64,000 nucleotides of DNA from contig OX597824.1 of the NCBI GenBank assembly GCA_951406725.2, forward strand, positions 44,020,001 to 44,084,000, read 5' to 3'. Shown piece after piece: positions 22,943 to 35,964 of this stretch. A program made the position numbers and the translations under genes. The DNA is from Octopus vulgaris (Eukaryota). The first letter of the stretch is position 1, and every line of letters begins with the position of its first letter. The notes below the pieces were generated by a model that saw only the letters and a list, made by a program, of their open reading frames with translations, searched no databases and had not been told where the DNA came from.

Positions 22943-25900
22943 ACTGAATTAATGTGTAACAATGCTCAATTATTAAACAAAATAGTGCAGTACGACCAGC
23001 CATATGACCACCCTTTTAATTTATTAATTTGCATAATCTTGGTACAGTCTTAAACTTATTTTGCCGAGAATTTCTAATCATTTGAATTAATTGCACATTA
23101 AAATTATTTGAATTGTAAAAAGATATCTAATTCCTATATCATTCCAAAGAGAAAAAAAATTCTGCATATACTGTAGAAAGTAAAATAATTTTATACAGTT
23201 TTGTTAAAAATATATTAATGAAGGAATGAAATTGTCATCACTGGTTTTAAACTTATTTTGGCCAGTGTATAATAAAGCAGTTTTCATACACACCTGGATC
23301 TCATACTCCAGAAAGTTTCCACTGAATCAACAATGTCAATAATGAGACAGAAAAAGGTATAACAATAAGTAATCTTGTGCAAGTATGTGTACACAGTAAA
23401 GACCTAGAATTGTGTTACACTCATTGTTATGCTTCCAAGAAATGCATAAGTATATAGCTCCATTCTACCCAACTTATAACAGGCTCTAATCTTTCAAAGT
23501 AATACTAAAAAAGAAGGGCAATCAGCTATATAAAAACAATTGCTCCAACAATAGGTAAACAGCTAAAATGGCTAAGTTATTTGTAACTCAGAAAAACTAA
23601 TGTAAACAGTATGAAAGAAAATAAAATTTCACACATATATATAACCAATATCAGCATGGAACACAGATGATAGATGAGGATGATATAGTACAGATTTCAG
23701 TTGTAGCTATGCAAAAACCTATTTACTTCCATCATTCTCTGCATAGTGAATGTGTGTATCTATTTACTCATATAAACATGTGCAAATGCAGCCTGCACAC
23801 ACTATGCACAACATTTTACAGTATTTTTGTATGCTGACAAAAATTAGATAGAGTATCTTATTACAATCCTTAAAGCTATCATGTGTTACTTCTTTGCTTC
23901 TTCCCTTCGGTTTTTAAACATTTGACCTTAGCACTTCCTTTCATGCCTTCTGTAGTCGAGTGAAACCAGGTGGAAAAGAGGTAAGAGTTGTTGATGGTAT
24001 CACATCAAATAAGACTTAGAATAGAATCAACTGTAACAGATTTGGGGCAATATAAGGTTTCAGATGCATGAAGAAGTGCTGTATTCCAGACACATCCAAT
24101 GTATGCAAGTACAGAAATCTAGACAATAAGGTAACAATGGCATTACTTATACATCTAAATAACTGTAAGTCAAAATACATACACCTAAAATATTTAAGCA
24201 ATATCTTTCTGATTAGAAGTATTCTTGTATAGTAGACAACCTGTGGTAGTAAGAAATACTTGTAGCCATTTACTATTTTGGAGTGAATGCCTGAGAGGCA
24301 GGGAGGTGTGTGTGTATGTTAGTGTGTGCGTGCACACGCGCAGAGCTAAGATGTTAATTGGCTTAGGAAGCCCTAGTTAACTTTGCTCAAATAGGGCTGT
24401 TAAAAAGAAACCAAGTTCATGCTGCATCTCTGGCAGCTCTATGTAGGCAGGCAGCTATAATTTATTATACAATCTGCCAGACAGTGTAGAATGACTTACT
24501 TCCTTGTAGCATTCAAATCAAAACGGGTAGGCTGAATCAACCATCATACAATTAAAATTTAGAAATATGGATTGCCAACAGCAAATAACTATAAGATTAT
24601 ATAATATGTTGTGCAGTGAGATTATAAGTTATATAGAAAAAGTTTGAATTAGGCAACATACAAAATGTGTGATATGCATATATTTCAGTTCATCTTATAA
24701 ATTACCCATTAAAGTCTATTCACATCACCCAAAATTTTCCAAGCTCTAAAGTTGCACCCACTGTGGCATTGAGGATAAGGATAATCAGGGTCTGAACATC
24801 TTGTCCAGTTACTGCCATCACTGCATATATACATAACTTCAGTCAACTTAGGTGTCAACATCTTACACTCATATTCCACTAATAAAGTAGTCAACTGCAT
24901 TTAACAGTAAAACCTCAAGCTCCAAAAGCATATCTATCTAAATTTACTAAACTCATCTCATCTCTCAAGTAATATTTGGTACATAAATCCAAAACAGTGG
25001 TATGTGTGTGTGTGTAAATTATGTGGATTAAGTACTATACAAAAACGTTTTTAACAGTAAATTTATTACACTCTCATCAAAAGATTTTAATGTAATTGCA
25101 TCATTGAAATAAATTCATTTTATAATATTTTGCAAAGTATTGTAATATTTAAAAAAAATTATTTCATTATTATTACTTCTTATTCTAAAATAAGACATAT
25201 ACAGAGACTACAATTGAATAATAAATTTTGGAGTTTTAATTTTGTCATCTAAAACTGAAAATGCTGTTAAGGTTGGTGTGACTGCATGTGTGGGTGGTTA
25301 TAAATAAATTAAGCAATATGTAAATTATGCTAAAACTATTCATTTACAAGTTCTTCCCATGTACAGAGAATTTAGTCTGCACATAACTTTTTTTTAAAGT
25401 GGGGAGAGTATTGAACGTCGAAGCAAATAAAAAAAAAGAGAAAAAAAATTGCAAGGGGAGATAAGCTATCCTCTAATGGAGGTGATCTAAATTTTATATT
25501 GCAAGTTTGAAACAAGTCTACACCCACATACACATGCATATGTACAGATTATTTTCACAGTAAAAATAAACACAGATCGCTGATGAAGGATAGATTTCAT
25601 TTCTAACACAAAAAAATGCTTATCTTTTACCTTTCAAAGACAATTTTCAGTTGTCTCATTCATGTAAGACTGAGGGAAATTTTAGTTCAATCATTTGATT
25701 TTAGAGTGAAATATGCAGTAATGAAATAGAAATAGAACCAGTTTGTCAATAAGGCAAGCTGAAACAAGCAAAGCTATGTGCCTTTACTAGGAAAACAAAC
25801 ATAATGTTTGAACCTAAGACAGAGCATTGTAACACCATTGCCTCAGTTATTGTGCATCACCATTGCTGATAAATATTTATCAAAAAAAAAAAATCCCCAA

Positions 25901-27674
25901 GTTTATATTTGTAAGATTAGATCAAATATAACAATATATAAATATATTAGAATACAAGGACTCTTAAAACTTGTAGAATACTGTAGTCCTAAGAACAGGA
26001 AATCACATTACAAATACACAAATCACAATAACTGAATTTTCATTTGAACCAGAGAAAAGGGTAAAATAAGCCTTCAATAAGCCTTACAGAAATGAAACAA
26101 ACACAAAACACACAACAAAATACAGACATAGAAGCAAACAAACAATAAGATGCAAATACATATGCATATGAGAAGGAGAAAAAGATGTTTCCATACAACG
26201 TGTGTGTGTAAATTGTTATATGTATACATAAAATACGTAAAGTATATTATGGCAGAGCTGTTAAGGTTTCTTTGCACTCATGAGGTCTTGGGCTCTATCC
26301 CATTGTGTGTCATTTACTGAGATAACTCATATCTTGTAAGTAAAATTGGGTGACTGAAACTGTGTACATCAGATAGATTGTACATGTGATTCAAAAGGTA
26401 CAGTTTTGTCACACACACTGTATCACACTGATTCCACCTGAGAATTACATTCAAGACAAATGAATCTGTAGAAGAATGCTCAGTCATTGACAAAGTAATT
26501 CTGAAGAAGGTTAATCAAACAAGTGAATCCTAATCATTGAAAGACTGACAACTATACATGTAGAAATAAATGAGAGAGAGGTGTGTTTGTGTCTTTCTGT
26601 ATGTATGGATGGATGGATGGATGCGTGTACCTTGCTACACATTCCCAAAGTGCCATGAAACAAACAATATTTTAAATCTTGGATTCAACAAACATTTTGG
26701 TTCATTTCTTACTGCAAATAAGATAGGGTACATCTTTTAGCTTCTCAGACAAAAATTTGAAGCTATTTGTTCACATAATGCAATGTCTATGGGGATGAAT
26801 GAAACCACAACAAAATATCTTACAATATAACCATTGTATATCATTAATTTGTGTGTATGCTGCATAAGAAAAAGAGGATGGAAGAGAGAGAAAGATTTTG
26901 TTTTATCTCATTTCAACTCTTCTTGAAGGTATCTAAACAGTCTGGGACTGATAGAGTAAAGTGCCTCATCCAAGAATCCAATTCATTTATCATCAGACAG
27001 CTCATTTATTTCCGTGAATCCCAAACTCTAAACTAATAAATCAAGAAGTGGAGAAAACAACCCTTTCAGAAACACGTGTCTAAAATTAAATGTGAAGTGT
27101 AAGGTTTTTACAAATTTGAAGAGTAAATAAATTAATAATCCCAGGCCAGCAATAAAATAATTTAAAACATTATTTGATATGTAAAGAACTTCATTTGCAG
27201 AAATACTTTACAAACCAATTCAAGTTGCCATAATATAGGCTGATGTTTACCGTTCAGAAGAAGACAAAAAAAGAAAAAGAAAAACAAAAAAGGTTTTTCT
27301 TTAGAATTTTATGTCTAAATCTACTCAAAGAAAAAGATAAACTACGATAGAATAATATATATTTTTTTAAAAATACTTTATTGTTCTTGTTACAAAGCCT
27401 TTGTTGAACAGTGCTGACTAAAAGATCAACATAGTATTAGACTCTAAAAATCCGTCTATGGGAAGAGACTAAAAGTTAGTCACATAGTGACAAATATAAA
27501 ATAATAATCAGTCACAACACAGTGAGTAACCAATCTAAGAAATGGGAGATGGGGAATGTAAAAAAAAAGCTTCACTCTGGGAGCTGGTTGAAGGCCATGA
27601 GTCAGATACAGCAATATTTCTCCCTTCACAGATGTAGTGTCAGTAAATAGGCAGTAACTCCCTTAGCCACTTAC

Positions 27675-27902
27675 CTTCGACTAAATTTTGAAGTTAGTTT
27701 GTTCAGGAAAGACACTCGAGCTACTTGTCCGGCTGTTGTGGTATCCTGAGTATGCCCAGGAACACCAGGGCCGTTATATTGGTTGAACTGCCGTCGGTCC
27801 CTAATGTGGCCTCCGTGGAATGTATTTCGGCCTGCTGTGCCTCGGAATAAAGGCTTGTTTGCAGCAGGTGATAAGGGAATTGAAGTTTTCCCTTGAGCCG
27901 GT
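27675..27902 (-). CDS. MARK: MARK/PAR-1 internal exon (spacer region ending in the basic LTSKFSRR motif)
   Basis: ttttcag|ACCG...TCGAAG|gtaagt, 228 nt, phase 2-2. PAQGKTSIPLSPAANKPLFRGTAGRNTFHGGHIRDRRQFNQYNGPGVPGHTQDTTTAGQVARVSFLNKLTSKFSR contains the conserved RxTFHG and KLTSKF motifs. Confidence 0.95.
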
Positions 27903-28070
27903 CTGAAAATGAAATAAGATTGTGAGATAAAACAAATATTTTTTTTTTTAATTTATAGACTCAGTCATTCACACTAACAAACAAATAATAATAATAGATA
28001 AAGATGATTTGCAATGTTTTCATATTGGTATTTTTTAAAAAGGTAGATTTACCCCCCCCCCCAAAAAAAA

Positions 28071-28235
28071 CCCCAATGCCTTGGCCAAAGTAGGGAAAGG
28101 TAGTACCTGCAGTTCCTTTCAAGGCTACTTAAATATAGATTTAAAAAACAAACAAAACTCCAAAAATAATGCCTTCCCCTAATGCTTTAGTCAAAATAGG
28201 AAAGGTAGTACCTGCAGCCCCTTTCAAGGCGACTT
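28071..28235. repeat. Local direct duplication of about 60 bp
   Basis: ccc.aatgc.tt.g.caaa.tagg(g)aaaggtagtacctgcag..cctttcaaggc.actt at 28071-28130 and 28177-28235. Confidence 0.85.
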
Positions 28236-30024
28236 GTGGCTGGTGTGAAGAAGTTATCCCCAAACCAGATACCTAGCCCATATGCTTGTAACAGAGTGGA
28301 CTACAGTAAATGTATTCAAGATGTGATGATTTAAATGATTAAGCTATATATTGCATACTTTTACATGCAGCACAGGCAAGATCAGGTTAAAATTTATGAC
28401 CTGAATCAGATACAATTTTTAAAATTTCTTAAGTAATAATCTCTATTGAAAAGGTATGATGTAATCCATGCAGTTTGTAGCAGTGGGAGTTGTAAAACAG
28501 TAATAAAGTTGTTGCTGCTAATATTTTAGAGAGGGATAAAACTTGGTATAGTGAGTGATTTGTGAAATTCAAACATTGATTTTCCTAAAGACATCAGTAT
28601 AATTAAGTAGCTGCAATGGGAAATAAAGTAAACTTATATAAAACACCAAAAAATCTCTCTGCTGTAGTTTAGAACATGTCAACAATAGAGTTTTTTTTTT
28701 TTTTTTTTTTAAGAAATCAAATTTATTACTTGATACTTATTTTTATCAACTTTACAGAATAAAAATGAAAGTTAACATTAAAATTTGAATCTATTACTGT
28801 GTGAGAGATTGTACATAACATGAAGACTAAGCTTTCTGATACTTCATCTTTATCATACTGATAATTGTAATTTCCTACGACACAAAATCTGAAATTTTTG
28901 TAAGGAAAAAAGCAATAGGAGTCAAAAAGACTAATATTGCACTCTGATCAATTTAGAATTATATAAGAGGTGGAAGTGGGACTGAATTCTTCCAAAGATA
29001 TTTTGGTATATATATTTTTTTGCTCTAAAGAACGAATTTCTAACTTGACAGTGTGGATTTACTGTAATTTATGAAGTAGGTGGGTACCCAATACATCAAA
29101 CTTTTTTTAAAGCTTTAGTGATGATTAACAATATTGAAAAAATGTTTCTAATCTACAAAATAATAATCCAAGAAAATGCATAAAAAAATGGGGATTTGGG
29201 GCATAAAATTCAAAGTATTAGTAACAAAAAAAGGGACTGAAAAACTTAAATACACAATCATGAGATAACAAATCAGCATCAACATTTTAAAAATCTGTAA
29301 ATAAATTTTAGAAAAAATAAATAATAAAAACTCAGTCAAAATTTTGTGCAATTCCAAAGCTCATACAGACACACACCAACAAATATATGCAAGATACTTG
29401 GAAACATAATCTGTTCAGTAATAAGGAAATAAACTAATCATTAGAAAATTATTTTTAGTTGAATTAATTTTATTTAACAGTAAAAATTAGATAAAAAGCA
29501 ATAATAATTATTACTGTTGTTACTGTTAATATTATTTCCATATCAACACTTATTCCTTGAATCATAATCAGATCACTATCTTACAATTTCAAAAGTAAGA
29601 GGAACCTGTTTAATACTGCTTTATTTAAAGAACATAATTTAAAGTATATGAATAGAAACTTATATGAGAACTTGGAAATTGTCTAAGAAAAATAATTATC
29701 AATTGAACTATAATAATACAAAAAACATACTTCAGTTGAGTTCACAGTAACTGAACAGAATTTTACATCACTAGAAGCAAAATTTTACACCTCAATAGAC
29801 ACAACATAGGTCCATATAAATTAAATCTAGAGTAGTTCTATAATTATTTACACAGTCCTGTAAGAAAGAGCAAAAATGGATATCAACTTTTGAGGACAAA
29901 AATGCTTATTTAAGACTTATTTCCCTTTATTTTTTTCTGTTTAAATGATAAACGGGGATGGGAATTGTTAAGTTAACTGCATCACAAAATTTTCAATTTG
30001 ATGAAAAATGTGGTAGAAAAAATG

Positions 30025-30060
<36 letters not shown>

Positions 30061-30326
30061 GTAATTATAAAGAGAGAGAAATAATGAAAATGATGTAAAG
30101 GATTGGAAATGTCCTCAACAAAGAATCATGCAAGATGGTGCAGAGTGTTAGATAAAAAGCAGACAATTGACAGAATATTTAGGGAGGAGGGAATATTCAT
30201 CCGATGTAGGAGGTGGTGGAAATACAAAGGCAACATATTTCAAAAATCCAAAGAACCATCAAAATTCAAATCGGCCATGGCAAGGAACTAATTTTTCTAG
30301 CAGTTGTAGCACCAATCTGTACTTAC

Positions 30327-30476
30327 GTTGGCCTATAGGTATCAGATGTGTCTGAACTAATAGGTGGCAAATCTGGGACTCGTGATGGTTGACATGTGCT
30401 GGCTGACTTTACATGGCCCTTAGGCCTTGCTGATGGGGGCTCTGAAGATGGATTGGAAGTAGAATTTGGTATATGG
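30327..30476 (-). CDS. MARK: MARK/PAR-1 internal exon (spacer region)
   Basis: cttttctcttccag|CCATATA...CCAAC|gtaagt, 150 nt, phase 2-2. HIPNSTSNPSSEPPSARPKGHVKSASTCQPSRVPDLPPISSDTSDTYRPT is in frame with both neighbours. Confidence 0.85.
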
Positions 30477-33059
30477 CTGGAAGAGAAAAGCAGATTCTCA
30501 GGTTCATTACAACAGGCAGAGTTACTAATAGGAAATGAGGCAGAGACACTGATGAAGGCCAATCAATCCATATGGTAAATCTGAATAGCTGTTGCATTGA
30601 TGAGTAGCATAATATATTTGATCTTCTGTATTTGTAGAATTTCTTGCATAAACAAAAAGTTTAAAACCACAGAATCTTTGCAGCAAAACCAGAGCCATCA
30701 GACAGTATAATAATAACAATGTGATAGAAAAGTGTTGATATAATGATAACGTGTTAAGTAATTAGCAGTAAAACTATTTTTTGATGTTTCTCCAGTTTGA
30801 TTATTCTAATATTCCTATTTTTGAAATACATGTGTTGTGTTCCTTAATGGAATCAGAAGAAACTCTAAGAGAAGCATTTGAACTTTTGATATGCTGAGCT
30901 TGTGTAGAATTATATGAACAGAGTGATTTTGGCCCAACGGAAAATCAAACAAACAATATTTCATCTAACATCATTTGTAGAAGACAATTATCTTGACTAA
31001 AAGAACTCATCTGGTTCCTTTTTTATTTACAAAAAGTTAAACTTTTTATAGGCTTGTGGGAAATATAAGAGGCAAAACAATTCCAAGATGAACTGGAAGC
31101 AGTCAAAGAAAGACCAAATAATCTTCAATGGAAAGAAATGTCACCTATTTTTGGATCAAGTAACATATTCTTTCTGATTGCCTCAGAGCTATTAAAGAAG
31201 TTTATATACCATTAATATTAGTTCAATTTGCTGGGTAGAAATTAAAAACTAAACTACTTGAAAACCATGTTTTTTTCAGTGTTCAGTACAGAACATAAGA
31301 GAATCTAATAAATAAACTTATGAGTATATCTAATTTTGTATAAACAAAGTAGAAGTAATCTAGAAAATATGTAAATCACTTGATTTTTACAAGTAGTTTA
31401 TGTGAGTAAAAATTAATGTTAATAAAATATGTTATTTAGAGAAAGCTTAGAGTTTGTGTTTTTGTAAATATTGACTCGATGTAAAGATATCCAGCAGATT
31501 TTAAATGGTTTGTGCAGGGCCGAAATTAATGTAATTACCAGAAGTGAAAATAAGTAAAAGTGATTTGTTACAAGAATTTGCTGTGAGTCAAAACTGGAAT
31601 ATGACAAACAAAAATAATTACCAATTTATTCAATAGAATTCAACAGCATTTCAGGTAAACAAAAAACAAAATAAAAACCAGTCCTTTAAAAAGTATTTTT
31701 TCCAAATAGAAATCAATAATTAGGACATCTGAACAAATCTATTAAATTCATTTGACAGGACAAATTTCCTCCATCAACCTCTGATGTGAGTGATAAAAAT
31801 TCAGAATATTAAAAAGGAAAGCAATTTAAGGTTTTACTTTTTTGGTTAAAGTAAGCATTGCACATGAGTTTTCTTTTTAACATTTTCATAAAGTCCCCAT
31901 CTTCATGAAAGTTTAAATAGCCACCACATAACACTAGATGAGTATGAGTTAGTAACTTGTTGGATAATAGTTTAGTTAGTTGATGTATAATTAGGGAGTA
32001 GAAGAAAAAGTTTGGTCTACAAAGTTTACATGCATATCAAATTGAAAATTTTCATTTTAAATGAAAGTAAATATTTTCCTAATTATGACTATTAGTCAGT
32101 GTATAAATGGAAAATATTTAAAAACAAAATTCCAACTGAAAACTATATTCAAAAGTTTGTATACCATTTTCTTGTGTTTAGAGTTACAGATTCTTGAAAT
32201 AAGTTTCCAACCAAAGTAGAAGCAGCTTCATCATCCTAAGCTAAAGCAAATTTATAGACTTGATGCACATTTAGATTTTCCTCTTTCATCAACCAGATGT
32301 ATTAAATTTCATAACATGAATAGACAATATGCTGGAAACTCAGCATACTAGTTATATAATAATGTATTAGAGAAAATGTTACTAAATAATGTGCTTTGTA
32401 TTACTGTAAAATAATGATAGAAATTAAAATATATATCCATTTCACTGAAAAAAAAAAATAATCAGTTCAAATTTTGTACATGAGAATTATTTCTGGAACA
32501 AACAATTAGCTTGAATAGCAGAAGCAGCTAATCTTGAATGGCAAATGCAACAAAATTGTTATCATTTTTAAATGATTTCAAAATAATTTTCTGAAAAATG
32601 CATACTATGTTAGGAAAATTGAATAAAATTCTACCCTCATAGCATTCTCTATTTTCCATTAATTATGCATTGTAATAATTAAAAAAAAAGAAGTTTTAAT
32701 TACATTTTAGACAATTGTTCCAAATAATCAAGCCATTAGAATGCAATTATGTGCTACTGACATTAAAATATTCAATATTTAAAAAATTTCTGGAACCAAA
32801 TTTTAGTGATTTGTGTAGTTAGTGCCATGCAGTGAAAATGATACAATGCTAGATTGTATAATAAATTTGGAAAGACTTCATAGTATCCAAATACACCAAG
32901 TAGAAACAGTGTAATGCAATTTACTAGGCCATAAGATATCAGTACATTATCATTATTACTAGTTGATGGATGGTAAATCAAATTAATACACTTGTCAATG
33001 TTCACATACATTCCCATACTTCCCTTGTACACGCACACACATACACTCACACCGAGTTG

Positions 33060-33540
33060 AAATGCTGTTTGATTTTTCTGCCTATTCCTTTAAAAAAATA
33101 CAATATCTTAATCATACCCAGGATTCTTCATCAGCTTCCTTTGCTGTTTGTTGGAAAAACTCTTGTGCAAGACTTTCTCTTTTCAGTTAATGATCTTTTC
33201 TCTATTAGTCCTCATATTGTACTTATCATTGTCATTAAGTGCACCCAGCAACATTTTTTCCATCACTATTTCTGAGATAGGAATGCAAGGACTTAATCAC
33301 CTTCACAACAGTATCCGCTATTCCAACCAGTCCTCTTGCACCTTCCTTCCTAAGTAAAGCTCTGATATGTTACTTCTAGTATAAAGGTATCCATGTATAG
33401 CCATTACTTTCCTAGCTTTTCGATCCATTTCACAATTCCTGCATAGTAACATATCACACCTTCAGCCCATGCATTGATGCCTCTAATCAGGTTCCCTTCA
33501 CTTAGCTTAGACCTAAATAGCTTTTTAACTCTTCTGGTAT
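33060..33540 (-). mobile_element. R4/Dong-like (RLE-type) LINE fragment
   Basis: RRVKKLFRSKLSEGNLIRGINAWAEGVICYYAGIVKW followed by HGYLYTRSNISELYLGRK (HPRSDVxRLYLPRxxGGRG-like). Confidence 0.75.
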
Positions 33541-34044
33541 CATTATCATCATTATTATTATTGTTGTTGTTATTGAGTGAAAGAACAATGCATGTCATCA
33601 AAATGACACCAGGTTACAAATATATGAAGCCCAATGTACTCAAAATAACTACCCATCTGATAAGGGCACACCAGGAACATGGACTGCAACAATATGTGCA
33701 TGACATGGTGATCTCATTTATCAAGATAAATAGTGCACAGCCTAGCAGGTGGGACCCAGTTAGAATTTTCTTCAAGTTGAGAATCCCATTCTGCTCAAAA
33801 GGTCTCTGAATAAGGGTTGTTTAAGGATGATAAATGAAACACCCATTTTTCCAGTGCTGAATTATTAAAACCCCAAAGAATCCCTCCCAACATATGACTG
33901 ATGCTCCTCCACTGCTCATAATCAGAGCTGCACATATTGTCAGCCACTAAGGGACATGCTCAACTGGTTAGAGTCAAGCAAGTGACAAGCAAATCTGTGG
34001 TATTGAGCAGAATATTTGCCGTAGACCATCTTTTACACCAAGAC

Positions 34045-34046
<2 letters not shown>

Positions 34047-34098
<52 letters not shown>
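34047..34098. repeat. (TA)n microsatellite
   Basis: Read directly. Similar tracts at 1679-1713, 4026-4054, 30026-30056 and 40009-40048. Confidence 0.95.
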
Positions 34099-34100
<2 letters not shown>

Positions 34101-34199
34101 AATCAGTTAACATCAAAAGCCATGAGAGCCACAGTCTGGTACCGCATCAGGGCATATGTTTATTGTTATTATTATTCAACATTTTATAGTTTCAGGCAA

Positions 34200-34960
34200 A
34201 TTTCTACTGTATCACTTGCTATACTTCTGCATTGTTGAGGTATGTGCAGCATTGGTTGGTTGTTTTTTTGTTTAGCTGCAGTCTTCTGTTATATTAAGGT
34301 TTGTATTGTGTTGTGTGTGTAATGAGAGTCGTGTTGTTCTGTTGGATATCCAACTGTAGTGTTTTCATTCATATGTTTTTTATCACACCCTAAGGTTCCA
34401 TTTATGACTGGTATTTTTTCACCGCCATGCTCCAAATTTTGAAAACTTCAGTTTTGAGGTCTTTGTGCTATGACAATTTCTCCACTTCTTTTTGGACAAT
34501 ATTTTGGTTAGAAGAGACAGCAGTGTCTATCAGTAAGCAGGTATGTTTTTCCAATCCTTGATTAGCTTTGAGTTCTTTGTCAGTTTTTTTTTTTTTTTGT
34601 GGTGTTGGCATATTCCCCAGTGGATATAACTACTTACTTAGTTATGCCTGTGTATATATTCAGATTTGGCTAGGACTGGGCAGCCAGAGACACCTCCTTG
34701 TGTATAGAGAAAACCATTTTCTTTTTTTCTGTGTTGCTTTATTACAGGAAGTAGTCATCCACTTTTTGTTTCTAAGTATTTTTCTCGTCCAACTGCTATA
34801 GTAGTTCTCTGCCTGTGTCAAGCTGCAACCTCCTTCCGAGTTGGGTAGATATATTCTGTTTGTGTCTGCTTTGGGGTGGCAACTTCTGAATGCTGTTAAT
34901 AGGCTCCTGAATTTTCTAAGTTTCTCAATTCACTAATTTTCCCGTTTATTATGTTGAAGC
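34200..34960 (-). mobile_element. Second R4/Dong-like LINE fragment (thumb plus restriction-like endonuclease region)
   Basis: CHPKADTNRIYLPNSEGGCSL and CLLIDTAVSSNQNIVQKEVEKL..KDLKTEVFKIW..IPVINGTLG. Confidence 0.75.
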
Positions 34961-35314
34961 AAGTAATTTATTAATATTATTACCTATCTATCTATCTATT
35001 TGCATTTCTGAAATGAATTAATTTAAACTAATGGAAGTTTTAGTGTGATTTGCACCATATTAAATAACAAGGACAGTTGGGTAAACTGGTAAATCAAACT
35101 CTTAATGTTAAACTCTTAAGGTTAAATTTTCTGGAGCACCACAAATTCACAACTTGATGAGTTCAATCTGGAAGTTAACACTGCTAATTAATTAAGCTTT
35201 GTAATAATTAAAAATTACAGTTTTACTTAATTTTTAACCAAATAATTGTTTCAAATACTATCAATCACTGATAGTATAGTTACTATCTTAGAACTATTTC
35301 AGTAGTTAATTTAA

Positions 35315-35457
35315 CCTTTTGATACCATCCCACCTGAGATCACTTCTGGTTCTAAGGTATAGACTTCCTGTTTTAAAATAATCTTAAATTAAAATTTTCT
35401 ATCAGAATTTCATGCTAATTTACGTTTCAAACATCAGCTTAATTATGACGAAGTTAT
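35315..35457. mobile_element. Truncated copy of the piggyBac-like MITE
   Basis: ttaaccttttgatacca...ggttcta...ctgttttaaa...aatttcatg...aaac..cagctt aligns by eye with 4886-5030. Confidence 0.65.
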
Positions 35458-35785
35458 AAGTCAAAGCCTACTTCAAGTAATTTGTGTAGTGCTATAAAAA
35501 AACCAAAAAAAAAACCCACATACATATGTTTGTATTTCAATACAATAATAATAATAATTAAGGTAATTTAGAAAATCTGAAAATATTAGTAAACATACTA
35601 GCAAGTTTATTATATACAAGGAAATTTATAAGCTTTTGCATAAATCAAACACCACTGAGCTAAAACAGAAGACAAATTAAAAGTTTAGTTTACATAAATT
35701 CTAATAAGATGAAAATTATACTTTTCTTCTACTTACCCATAACAAAACCAACAAAAGCAATATCAAAAGAATTCAAATGTCTTAC

Positions 35786-35964
35786 CTCCGGTAGTCTTGA
35801 CCATTAGTTGTTCTGTTATTTTTTTCTATACTTGTCTTATTATCTCCAGGTCCAAAAGTACTTCTTCGTGTTAGAGAAGAACCACTTACAACATTGTTCT
35901 TTGGTGTTGTAGAAGGTCCACTTGGTTTTTTTGGTACCGACATTCTAACAGGACTTGCACTAAT
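35786..35964 (-). CDS. MARK: MARK/PAR-1 internal exon (spacer region, LTRRSTF motif)
   Basis: ttgcag|ATTAGT...CGGAG|gtaaga, 179 nt, phase 0-2. ISASPVRMSVPKKPSGPSTTPKNNVVSGSSLTRRSTFGPGDNKTSIEKNNRTTNGQDYR resembles the MARK MTRRNTY motif. Confidence 0.9.

Larger units (their letters stand above)
21303..23267 (-). mobile_element. Full-length but decayed Tc1-family DNA transposon with long IR/DR-type terminal repeats
   Basis: TA|CACTGGCC...GGCCAGTG|TA ends and about 220-bp imperfect TIRs (21303-21518, 23042-23267), each with an internal direct repeat (aataagttt..aagac). Frameshifted transposase on the minus strand. Confidence 0.93.

Noticed and set aside
30477-31020. Possible long 5' extension of the 30476 exon (Ser-rich reading frames)
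   Set aside because: The frames are interrupted by stops, and a strong acceptor exists at 30477-30479.
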